Shown: piece after piece, positions 1 through 12,815 of the stretch | How the letters are laid out: the number at the start of each line of letters is the position of its first letter | Numbering within the stretch: position 1 is the stretch's first letter | Source: Kudoa neothunni | Taxonomy: Eukaryota; Animalia; Cnidaria | DNA: 64,000 nucleotides | NCBI GenBank assembly: GCA_964304625.1 | Contig: OZ199840.1 | Coordinates: 944,533 to 1,008,532 of the forward strand | Direction: 5' to 3' | Program-made: the position numbers and the translations under genes | Notes under the pieces: model-generated | What the model was told of the DNA's origin: nothing | The model's database searches: none | The model's input: only the letters and a program-made list of their open reading frames with translations

Positions 1-2328
1 TTGTAGTTTCAGTAGATCTTCCAACAGCTGTCACTAAAACTCTGTACTCTTTGTCTGCTTCGTATCCTTCAGTAAATATGATACTACTACAGGAAGGTGG
101 TCCTTCACAAGATGGGATTGTAAGTTTATTAGTTGGTATTACTTTTTTTGATGGTTGACCTCTAGATCTAGACACCATAGGTTGTGAGAGAGCTGGTTTG
201 AGATCAGATTCGGCAGTATTTCCTGTCGATTGTGGTGCTGGGCATTCATACAACATATCATATGTTCCCCCATTCTTTACTTTTACTTTGTAATGACATA
301 CAGCTTCGGCATAAGGTGAAGATAATGTGCCTACTACTTTAAAACCTTTTTCCAAAAATTGATTTTCTAATTTGAGAGTTGACATTTCTTAACAATTATA
401 ATTTAAAGTTAAATCAAAATGGGAAATTTAGTACTCGTCCTTATTTGATGGACTTTAGAACCGTGCTCTTTGTGCGCAACAACCTTGAGATCGTAATCTG
501 TTCCAGGAGCCAATCCCACAATATTTTGAGTGTCTCTACAGAATCCTCTGCATGGATAACTATCCACACACATTGCACAAACATATACATCCTGTCCGCG
601 AGGACTGAGGTAGTAAGCACATGTGATATCTGTATTCGCAGCATCTGTGTCAACTTCGAGAGCTTTAATGGAAAGATGGGTATCCCCCAAGGTTGTTGTT
701 GCACCGGGGAAAATATTTTCAGCGGTTGCATCTATATATTATATATTTATTATTGGATTTTTAAAATACTTGTTCTGAAGAATATATGCTCTTTAAAATT
801 GTTTGGAACACCATTAGTAGCTGCGTTTGCAGGTGCTTTTATTACAATGATATATGGTTTTCCATTGTCAAGTGAGGATATTGTTAACGCTGAACCACAA
901 TCAGTGTTACATCCGCCACTGCCACCTCCACAGTTAGCCCTTGTACCTTCCGCATCAGCCAAAGAAGGTTCATCTGCAGAATAAATACTTACATTACATG
1001 AAGAGAATTTGGTGGTAGTAGATGGTTTGAATAAGCGTGTATCTAGTGTAACACCCGTGGCTAAGTATGCCGATAGTAGTTTAGTGGGATTTCCCTCTGC
1101 ATTTTTTTCATCAATAACCCTATATAAATCTTATTTGAAATATTTAACTTTCTTATAAACCAAATTTTTTTTGTATGTATCCAAAATATGTAGTTTCACT
1201 TTTTTCTATTTGAAAATGTCTGGTTTGTATCAGTATTTCGACAACTGCTTTTGACGTTTCAAATATAAGCTCCACATTATCACATGGTGCGTAGCAACCT
1301 TTATCTTCGCCTCCACCACAATTTGATTTATACTCACTAGAAGCACCACCTTGAATGGTAGTAGATTCTTGTCTTATACCAAATCGGCAGATTTCAAATG
1401 GAAATTTATTAGTGAACTTAAGTAAGTATTTATTTTTCTCGTTATGATTATACTTCACATAATATTGTGGTATGTAAACGTCGGTATTCATCAAAGTATA
1501 ATTATTTTGAAGTTTATAATAGAATGATGGATATCCCACGCATTTCATTTTCATAATGTGGGATCATCAAATCAAATTCTACTTCATTATTATTAACACT
1601 TCCTGTAACACAATTAGCTCCGGCGGTTCCTGCAACGTATTGTACATCCTTATAGAAAATGGGGCAATCAACTTTCTTACATGTTGTCGTACTCAACTTC
1701 AATTTACTTTCATTTGTTGATATTTTCACTTGTGGATTTACCAACAAACCTATAAACTTATATAGAAAAATTTTTTAATTCACCTAATTACGAATTTCTA
1801 GCGCAAAAATTGTTTTAGCTTTTGTTTGTTCAGAAGCAACTTGAGCATTATTTCCCATTAAAATTTCAACATATTTTGTCCTTGGGGAGAATTTATCGTA
1901 TGTGAGTTTATTATCAATTTTTGTGCAGGTAATGACGCATTTTCCACTAACCGGCGAATTGCCAGTTTCGGAGCATTGATCAATTTCTACATAATTTTCC
2001 CCATTGTCGTTTGACCTTTGGATATACAATAGTTGGAATCGGAAATTCACCTCCACTTAATGCTAAATGAACTTTCATTTTGTTGTCATGTTTCACAATC
2101 TTGTATGTGAGGGATTCTGGTTCAGCTTTCTTAACTTGAACATGATTTTCAGTTTGAGTTTGTTGTTGTGGCTGTTGAGGTGTAGATTGTTGCTTAGTTT
2201 GAGCTAGAATTTGGGTTGCTTCTTCTAGAGCGGTTTTCGCTATATTATATTGAAATATATGTTAACTATTAGAAATAATTACAAATAATTGTAATAATTA
2301 TTCCTAATAAAAAGAGGAACCCTTTCAT
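1..2328 (-). CDS. Cys-rich multi-module secreted/surface protein, paralogue A (multi-exon, 3' end runs off the window; apparent 1-nt frameshifts)
   Basis: ATG at 2328 gives signal peptide MKGFLFLLGIIITII, then a phase-1 intron and a Gln-rich stretch. Exons align module by module with the gene at 55890-58801 (FSPRTKYV/FSPRSKYV, LKFTNKFPFEIC/LKFTNSFPSEIC, CYAPCDNVEL/CYAPCDDVEL, CVDSYPCRGFC/CLDSVPCRGLC, KEYRVLVTAVGRS/KEYKIFVTAVGRS). Confidence 0.85.
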
Positions 2329-3094
2329 TTTGATTTAAATTATCAAAAAACGGATATTAACGTTTGATTCATAAAGAACAATACAATGAATGTATAGAAA
2401 TTTAATAATACTGTCGTATCTATTATTAATATAATTTTACCAAATTGTTTATCCTAGATTACATTTGCTATTAACATTGGATAAATATCCTTTATCAAAA
2501 ACTACTAACAACAACAAAATATATCGATATTATTACAAAACTTAAAAATATTATTAATTAAAAAACTTTTGAGCGTATTTAATTTTAAATTAATTAAAGA
2601 TCCTTATTAAAAAATAAACAAATAATTTTAATTTTAATAATTTCTCTATCGTATATAAAAAAATTATTACCATAGACTTTAATAATTTCTTTATAATTCA
2701 AACAGATTATTAATTTCAACTTAATTATTGTCTTCATGTTTCAATCCATCAACCCAAGTTATAACGATTTTTATGTCTATTCATATTATTTCAGCAACTC
2801 CATTACTTTCCCTAATTGACAGTGATATCTTCCTTTTTTTCATAATAATTAATTATAAATTTTTCGCATATATTCCCCTACAAAAATTCAAAATAAAAAT
2901 TTATTATTAAATTAGATAAAATATGTTCATTAAACTTCAAATTTAATTTTTTAATTTAACAAATAAAAATTAATATAGATTTTCAAATTAATTTAGAAAA
3001 TTTAATTTTTGCAGAGCATTTTCAAATTGTTGGATTAAAGAGAAAAATACTCGTGTATATTAATATGACTTATAAAATATTCAACCACTATCTA

Positions 3095-5269
3095 TTATTG
3101 GAAAAGCAGTTTGACCACACTATCTACATCTAACTTTTTAATGTCTGAGTAGGTTGGCCGATTCCCACAAACATAATCGGTTTTCCGGAAGTGTACGTCA
3201 TAGAAATAGCGGCTCCGACTTTGTCATCGATAGTGTCGAACTTGGTGAGAACAATACCATCAATTAATGTGGATTATTGTTACAAGCATAATCTTTGAGT
3301 GAACTGTTGAATTTCTTTAATTGGTCAACTCCATCGTTACCAACTAACGCTTCGCCAACAAAGAGTACCAAATCGGGGGAGTTGATGTGTATCAACTATT
3401 AACAAATTTAGTCAAATGTTAAAAAAACGTTTTTAAATTAATCCGCAAATATACTTTCGCCAACGATCGCATTAATGGTTCATTATCTTGCATTCGACCA
3501 GCAGTGTCAATTAAACAACATCTTGTTTAATTTTTTAGCTACAAAATAAATTCAGATCATCAACCACTCTTATAGATTATAAGCATACCTTGAGAAATAG
3601 CCTCTTTAGCAACCATAGATGCATCTTTATTGTAACCTTTGTCATAGAGGGAGATAATCTGGTCAGTTTGCTGACCGTTTTTTCTCTCATTCACCGAAGT
3701 GGAGGAGATGATGTGATTAAGACGAGTCACATGAGTTCTGAGTTGTTCCACAGCTCCGGATCGGAATGTATCACAGGCAGCTATCATAAGGTGGAAATTT
3801 TTGTTAACCACAAGGTAATGAGATATTTGGCGAGATTGGTGGATTTTCCAACTCCGTTAACTCCACACATTACAATCACATAAGGACGTTGAAAATTTTT
3901 ATTGACATTTTCAACCGCGGTCAACAAATCGAAATCGTTTGACGGAATAAGCACTTTTTGAATAGACTTCTACCATGGCACTTTTAACCGTGCTTTTCAA
4001 CACTACAATAATTCATAGAAATTTTTAATAAATTTAAATCAACTGATTAAATATACGCTCAAAGGTTCCTAATGTTTTCCCGATTAATTTATTTGTCACT
4101 GACACACAAATATTATCAGCAATATCGGAAGCAACATTTTTATCTGAATGAAATTATAATAGTAGAAGAGTGAATGAGAAAATTTCTCACCACAAAGATG
4201 ATGTTTCATAGAAGTCATTATCGATTCGAGGTTGTCACTAGTGATTTGTCTGGCTCCAACAAGTCCTTTAAAATAGTCGAAAAATTTGGGTGAGCTGTTT
4301 TTGTTGTTGATTGGATTTTTTCGAAGTGATCGATTCATAGAGGGTCTTTGACAATTCGGTCTATGTGGGAATAGTTAGTTTACTGAGGAGATTATAGTAA
4401 ACCAGCAATTACACTACTCAACGTTTCAATTTCTTTTTTGGTTAAAACCCAAGTTTCTATCGGATGAACCAGATGAAGGTTTCTCATTACTGAAATCCAA
4501 CGCATCCATCAACGACGAATCTTCCATATTTTTCGGTGAAAATTCATCATCCCAAACTCGAGCTGTTTTAGTTTTAGGTTTTTTGGAAGCTTTAGTATTA
4601 CTTTTTCTATTTTCGAAATCAAAATGAATTCGACGCAATCTGAAAAATCTACGTATTCTTAATGTGAGGTTTGGTTGGCGATTTGGTGTCGGGTGAATCA
4701 CTTTTTTTATCTTCTGATACTTTCTGGATAGTAACTGGTTCAGGCTCTTTGTCGATTGTTTTTTTGGAGAGATTAGTTGGATCATTTTGTAATCGATACC
4801 TCAGGATAACATCGAAATCGTTGGAAAACTCCAAACTTTTCCATAAAAATAATCGACATTTTCAGGATTGTATCCATAACTATCTAGTTTATTTTCGAAT
4901 GCCTTATCAACATCGCTCAACAAATCTTTAACGTAGCAAAGACTGAATCCACGATAATATCCTGCCTAAATACAATCTATGTATACACCAAAAATTATCA
5001 AATGAAAATTTTCTACCACATATATCACGTTCCACCGATTGTTTTACAAGATATTCCATTTGAATATTTTCGTGGACATATTTTTGTGTACCCAAACGCT
5101 CCTAGAATAATAAAAAATTAAATATGTAGAGGAGAAATTCGGTAATTCAACCTCCACGAAAACATCACACAAAAGTTTGTTGATAAAAGGAAGATGGTCG
5201 CGTTGTGTATTTTTGAATATACCACAAAATTAATCCCCCCTTAGTGAGAATTGAGAAAAAATCTAGCAT
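3095..5269 (-). CDS. SRPRA: Signal recognition particle receptor subunit alpha (multi-exon; apparent homopolymer frameshifts)
   Basis: N-terminus [19 protein letters not shown] GTPase motifs [50 protein letters not shown] and [19 protein letters not shown]. Stop TAA at 3095-3097. Confidence 0.95.
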
Positions 5270-6600
5270 TTTCTTCAGTTAAAAATATATGTTTATTAAC
5301 ACTAAGTTTCTGTTTTTTCCAATTGATCAACAAGATACAAAGATGCGATCGATAAATCACACTGAGATTAGTCAGCAGGCTGCGGGCGCATGTTGCGCAG
5401 ATATTAAAGATTACTGATAACCAGGCTATTTTTTTAGTCTCTCATGGTCAAAATTTGGCGTTTCTGTTGTTTGCATTTATAATATAATTGTTAATTTTAG
5501 CGTTTGTTCAAATATTTTTGTTTTTTAATTATCCTTTGAAAATAATTGTTGATTAATTTAATTAAAGAAAATGACATTATGTACACATTTTAAACAAAAA
5601 TTTTTAATTTATGAAAAGACTGATATTTGATTAAGCTTAATTGGATATTATTAGATTGTAATATTTGAATATATGTACAATTAATTTTAAACTATTATAT
5701 TTGAAAAATTCATTTATTATGTAAATTATAAAATATAATAATTGTTCTGAAGATTAATTATACTTAATCCGAATTAATTTATGAAGATTGATAATGATAA
5801 AATTTTTACGTTGAAATTAATATACGTATAGATATAAAATTTGTATAATATTATAAAAGTATTTTGTGGCTCAGACTCGAGTCATAAAAACTCTGGAGTT
5901 GTTATAAATGGAACAATAAGTTAGCGCATGCTCATAAACCTAAATAAACATTTTGCTGTTATAAATGGCAATATTCTTGTATTTTCTCAAAGTATTGTTT
6001 GTAATCAATAGAATTTAATTTCTTTTAGTAAATAGAATATTTATAAATTTTAATTGAATTGAATTGAATTAACAAGAAAGGAATTCTAAATGATTCGTTA
6101 TGAGTAGAGTTATTTTTTTATTATTTGCAGAACAAATAAAACAAGTGGATAGTAGAAAATTCATGATGAGAATTTTTAAAACGTTTACGTATTAGAGTTA
6201 GATAAAATTACTTAGAGCATCTTTATCAGCAGGATAATTATGCAATATTTGTAAACATTATGTTATGATTAATTTTTAAAAATTCTGTTTCTAATTGGCT
6301 AAATTAAAATAATATTTAAATGTAATCTAATAATTGATTCCATTTACATTTGATAAAAATAATTTCATTCATTCATTGAGAAATTTTCAAATGTCATCGA
6401 TAAAGAGTTGACAGAAATTTCTCATTATGTTTATTTTGATCTATATCTCTCAATCTATATAAAATAATGAATGTAATTTTAATAGATTTTTTAATATGGT
6501 AAATATTATGTTAAATTATTAATGAGCCTTTAGACTTTTATTGTTTATATTATATGAATAAAATTTAGATAATACAGTAAGAAATTAAATTCACTTACTT

Positions 6601-6624
6601 GCGTGCGTGCGTGCGTGCGTGCGT
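6601..6624. repeat. (GCGT)6 microsatellite
   Basis: Direct read: gcgt repeated six times. Confidence 0.9.
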
Positions 6625-6739
6625 AATTATTTCAGAAAAAATTGACATTTAATATTGATTAAGTTGCGTTTAAAAAGGTCAGTTAACTATAAATTAATTT
6701 TTAACAGATAATTAAAACTCTATAAATGTATTAACCGCA

Positions 6740-7310
6740 AAAAACTATTTTTCAACGATCTATGAAATACTCCCATTGTTGCTATCGGTAGAATAAGGCA
6801 GTTTCGTCTACATTGTAAATAAAATTATCAGAGTATCTTTCAAAAAGATGTTCTGATTTGATTGGTCTACTATGAAATAGTTTCTGTCGCAGCATCAATT
6901 AATTAGTTAATAAAATTCGATTTTTAACCATTTTAAAATCAACGAAACCCTCTACAAGTTCTAAATCAAAATAGATCTTTTTCTTGGGATAATTAATTTC
7001 TCGTGATAATTATCGTTAGGACATTTTTTACAATGTTATTGCTTCGTGTCCACTCATATACATCTTAATCAACTGAATTATATTGTCCTGCATGCAAATA
7101 ATTTATGTTTTCAGATTCTAAAAACATTTCTAGGTTTTGCTTATTTTATTTTTCATTCCTAAGATGCTTTTACGAGTCGAGATAATAAATCTTTTAAAAT
7201 TTGATGCAGTGACCATTTTTGAATTATTAGATGGAAGACTTATATAAAAATTAGCAATATTGTACTTTTCGTTAAGAGATATAGTTTCTGGAAGTTTTCG
7301 ACATTAAATA
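6740..7310 (-). pseudogene. Degenerate pogo/Tigger (CENP-B-like) transposase fragment
   Basis: Minus strand 6784-6829 translates to DNFIYNVDETALFYR*, the first catalytic-D motif of pogo transposases. Upstream fragments (ISLNEKY..., DVYEW) resemble the HTH regions. Stops and frameshifts throughout. Confidence 0.7.
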
Positions 7311-9530
7311 TTGACATAATTAAATAATGAAAAAGAAGTACCCCCCAAAAAATGGGTGAAATTGGAAAATCACGTGACTTTTAGTTCTACTTTTTAACAT
7401 TATTTCTGTAAAAATTTTGATTGAAATATTATAAGAAACATATTATATACTCAATGACTAATCAATATTCTGACTAAATAGGTTTTTAAATAGTGCGTGA
7501 AATTGGTTACTTATTGTATTTATAACGTTTAATCGTTATTACCTTAAAATACCCATACCCATAGGTTTGTTTCATGATGTTATTCATACTAAATTAGGAA
7601 CTTGCAAGTATTCCTTTAAGTTTATTTGGTAATTGTGTACTTTCTACATCAAAAATTCCTCATCATCACGTATGTTATTTTGTGTATTTTATACAATTCT
7701 ATTTTTATGTCAAAAATAATACAGAACTATTCGTATCAAATTAAAGTATTTATAATTAACTATCTATAGTTTTGGTGTTATTATCTAACGTTCGACTAAT
7801 AGGTTTAATTAAGAAATAATCATTACTTGATTTTATTGGAGAATATTTCTTTTCCGATATTTCCATCTTATAAATTTTGTATTATATTTCATATTACTCA
7901 TTGAAAAAATATAGTATTAATTAATAATTTTTCTGCAAAAAAACAATTTTATTAACCACGTCCTCACTAAAATTAATTCGTATTTGAATACCGAATCTTC
8001 ACCTTTTTTTTCAAATTATTTATTATTAATATTAATTGTCTCAATTATCGTAAAATCTAAATTTAATAAAAATTACTGAAATGTTTCGTTAATTTACGGA
8101 ATGTAAACCTGTATACTTGAAGGCTGTAATGAATTATATTAAATACACTTTAATGAAAATAAATTATATTGTTTGATTTATTAGTTCTGGGTGTAAATTA
8201 GTAATATATTTTAGTTTTTATTTTCAATGAACATATAAAATATATGTTCATTTATAGAAAGTTAATGGATTATATAAACTTTGTTTATTATAAATTAAAA
8301 AATTATTGTAATATTCAAATTATTTAATAAAATACTTAGCTTTTCATATAGTTGATTTACGTAGGTGTATTTGAAACCTTATGTAATTATGAAAATTAAA
8401 ATATTAAATGAATCAACTAAAGACACACAATAAACCTCAAATGAGAATAAAAATAGAAAAATACTCTTGGATCACACAGATTTTGGAAACGACTGAGGTT
8501 ATTGGCACAGTGTATTTTAATCCAAGAAACTCTTAATCGCAAGTTATATACAGATGTAATCATTGTTGACCCATATGAGCGAAGCGTCGGGGAAGAAATA
8601 ATTAAATATAATCAAAACAAATAACACCCGACTGTTATTTATTCTACAATTAGCTACCATTTAAAAATAAATAATTAATTTTAAAACTAAAATTTTTGAT
8701 AATATCGAAAAACAAACTGTAAAGAATAAACAAAAATAGTTTCACGCATGCGTATTAAATAATCCGCTGAGAGTGAATGTGAGAAAAATCACTAAATCCA
8801 CATATCGGAGAGATTTGTGTTAAGCAAATTAATGTAAATTTTTGAAATTCTTATATTTAAAATTCTCACAAATTTTCTAATTAACTTTACTATTTTTAGC
8901 CTATGAACAAAATTCACGCATGTATCTACTAAGAATGTGCAAAAGATTTGATATCTTCTGAAATATCTGACGATGTCACATATTTCACACATTAAATATC
9001 ATCCAGTGTGAACATTTAGGAAAACAACCTGCTTGTTATTTATCCACATACGCTATAATAACAAACCCCTTTAATGCGCGAGTGTTCGATACGAGTGGTG
9101 TATGATAGAAATAATTCCATATTACAGCCACTAAGGTTAATATATCAAATTAATATGATATTAATTAGGCTTATGAAAATCTTTTTTTCAAAGATAATCA
9201 AATTAAAACCTTAACAAACAATATCTAAGTTTCATTTTTGCCAATTCGCTAATCCTCAGTTCTCTTAAGTTAATCTCCTATTTTATAAATAAATAGATTT
9301 CTCTCCAATAAATGGATAATTCCAAAATTCCTTATTTTTCAAACAAACAAACCAATGAAATAAACAAAAAAAATAGATAAATGAGATGAATGAGATGAAT
9401 CAACCAGATAAAATACTCTATCGAGAAGAGATTGACAATCTGGCCAAGGAGTTGTGGCATATACGCAAGCACGCATTAGTACTATCTAAACAAAATCTTC
9501 AACACATAATCTCATTTTATATCAGCCAAA

Positions 9531-11366
9531 ATGGGGTCTAGAGAAATTGATATTTTTGTTGTAGGTTCATGCAATGTTGATCTAGTATCGTATGTTGTGA
9601 GAGTGGTCGAATAAGCATAAATTAACCTATTGATAGATACACCGATAGAATGCCCAAACCAGGTGAAACTGTGACTGGAAATGGTTTTATGATGGCGAAT
9701 GGAGGAAAAGGTGGAAACCAAGCTGCAATGGTGGGTCGATTAGGAGGAAAAGTTGCCATGTTGGCCAGAGTTGGAGATGATCACTTTGGGCTTGTGTACA
9801 AAGAAAGACTTCAAAACTATGGCGTGGATGTGGAATCGATTTTAGTGACCTCGGAGGTTCACACAGGAGTGGCCACAATCCTAGTATCGAAGTCGACTGG
9901 TGAAAATCAAATAGTATTGGCTGGTGGAGCCAACGATTTGTTGAGTGTGGAAGATTTGGATAGACTTATGCCTGAAATTGTTCCTCGATGCAAGATTGTG
10001 GTGGTTCAACTTGAGGTGAAACGTGAAGTTACCCTCCATGCATTGAAGTTAGCTAAGAAATATGGAGGTACTTCATTAAATATTATCGTCACCATTACTA
10101 CTTGATGATGATTTCTATTTAGCGATAACCGTATTCAACACTGCTCCAGCATTTCCTGATCTCGATCCGGAATTTTTTAACCACACTGACGTTATTTGTT
10201 TCAACCAATCAGAGGGAGAAATTCTCACCGGAATGTCAATAGACCATAATGACACCATACAAAGTATGCGGATGATCAACAAAGTTCTCGATTTTGGTTG
10301 CAAGGCGGCCGTTTTCACTCAAGGAAAAAATGGTGCCGCCCTAATGTACGCGTCGAATCGGGAATTGCAATATCATTTGTGTAGTAGTCATCCGGTTAAG
10401 AAAGTTGTTGACACTACTGTAAGTATAAATAGATATTCCTCAATATTGGTTGTATTTGCCTGCCTTAATCTTTAATCTTTAATATGTGGTATTTGTTATC
10501 TTGTTAATTTTATATCAAGTTTTAAATGGAATTTTCTCTCAGAAAAATAATAATTGGTTAGTTTAGAATTTAATTTCGACTTTAATTTTTCCACATTATT
10601 AATTTTTTTAATTAGACTTAATAAAGAATGATATTTATAATTCAATAAAAAATATACCAAGATCAATTATCAATTTAATTAATTAAATTATTTATTTTTA
10701 ATTTAATTAAATATTTAATTACATTAACACATTAAACTTATATTTTCATAATATATTTGTTAACATTTTTGATATTAAAAACATTTATCGATATTATTTA
10801 ATATTTTTGAAAATAAGTAATTATATAAAAAAGAACATAAATGGATTCTATTTTATAATTTATATCTATACTATATATTAAACTGTAATTAAATATTGAT
10901 CACTATGAAATCAAATAATTGATTAAAACCTCATTTCTATGCTAAATACCTAAATATGTTACGATTATAATATCAACAATAGATACAAACGTAATATTTT
11001 AACTAATTTATAATGCATTAAATTAAAAAAAATAACTAAGTTAAATAAATAAATGAATGAATGAAACAGAAATGTGATAATTAATTGAAATAAAAAAATT
11101 TTAATCCAATAGGCCAAATTTCGGTGATTTTTATTAAATTTTTTTGTGTATAGGGAGCTGGAGATTGTTTGATTGGCTGTATGGTTTACTTCATGGCCCA
11201 AAATATTAATAATAAAAACCTTCCAATTGAAAAGATACTTACACCTTCGGTTGTACAAAAATCCACAAATATAGCCACATTGAGTGTACAAAAGATTGGC
11301 GCTCAATCTAGTTACCCTTCGTTCGAAGAGATTCCCCCTGAATATCTTACATGCACCAACACCTGA
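9531..11366 (+). CDS. RBKS: Ribokinase (4 exons; last intron about 735 nt)
   Basis: PfkB motifs VVGSCNVDL, GGKGGNQA, VGDDHFG, NQSE and VVDTT|GAGDCLIG, joined across GT-AG introns (the last is 10419-11153). Confidence 0.95.
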
Positions 11367-12815
11367 GAAAATACCACAAAATTTCAATAAAAACTTTTAC
11401 TATACCTTGTGATTAAAATTGAGTCCATTTAATTCTGTCGTACTGTGTGCGAAAAAATTACGCGTGTGTGTGCGGGTGCCGAGGGGGTCCATTTGTGATC
11501 CCCTTATAAACCGGTCTTAACCGCCATCAATTGTTACGAAATTAACGTAATGTTATTGAAAGACATTATAAGTATAAACAAAATCTAGTTCTCTCCCTCC
11601 GTTAATTTAAAATGCAGATACGAGGTCAAGATGAACTTATTGTAATAAAGTTGGCGCAAAAATTTCAGCACTAAAGGTTTCAAAGATGTCTAAAATTAAA
11701 TAAAAATCTAATTTATTAGATTAGGTTAAAAAAAATAATTGACGATGATGAAACGCGGGCCAAACTAGGCGCTGTTCTGTAGAATTTATCGAACTTTTTG
11801 GGAGGTAGGAAATGCAGCCGCGCTTGCAGTTTACTTTAAGATTTCAGAGAAATCGATGTTTGAAAGGCTCACATTGTTTTAATTTGTCCAAAAGTAAAAT
11901 AAAAAAATTATAAAATATGCCCTGCTTAGTAATTTATTTATATTTTTAAATGCTGTATTCCTTTTTGTTTTTATGAATTATTTTTTAATTTGTTTGCATA
12001 TTTAAAAGTTAGTATGGTTACATTAAAGAGTTTTTTTTAAAATATTTTGAAATCCATATTTGTATAACTGTCTGAACATACGTTTAACACTCCTATGCGA
12101 ATAATTCGTATCACATATTGCCTTAATTACAATTATATACGCAATAAAAATAATAATGGCCATTATTTCTGAGTATTTTTAAAATCTGTTGATAGATCCT
12201 ACTGCTTATTTTAATAAATTTGCAATAGAATAATCATTTTCCAAATACTTTATATTCCAGAAATTTATATTACATTGTATAAAAATTGTGGAATCCCCAG
12301 ATGGTTCACAAGGATTCTAATAGTTAAATTGCATACGGCGAATCATGTAATAATTTATTGCCGACAAACAGAGATCCTTTAGAAAAACAAGAGTCCACCA
12401 GTCAAGCGCGGTACGGATCAGTTCTCGCTAATCACCTATTAAGTAGAAATGTATATAAATATTACATATATATGGTTTTAAAATAAATTAAACAACATTT
12501 GTAAGTATAACGTGAACAAAATAAATTAATATGTATATAATGTACAATTTTTCTTGAGATTGTATGGGAATAAATGTTCAGATCATGAAATAAATATGAT
12601 CTCCAAGACGTATTTTTTAAATTAGAAAACAAATTATAGTTTTAATAAAACTCTTTAACCTTATATAGGCATTCCTGGAACAGTTAAGAAATCAAATGTT
12701 TACTTTCAGAGTAATACGAAAAATAATGAAATCGGGGTCCCTAATAGACCCCAATTTTGACAAGGAGGGTTAATTTATATAAATCAATTTTCTAATAAAT
12801 ACACATTATTTATCA

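Noticed and set aside
379-984. 201-aa plus-strand ORF
   Set aside because: Antisense shadow of exons of surface gene A. The same applies to ORFs 3590-3883, 14685-14960, 37538-37912 and 51150-51440 over their respective genes.
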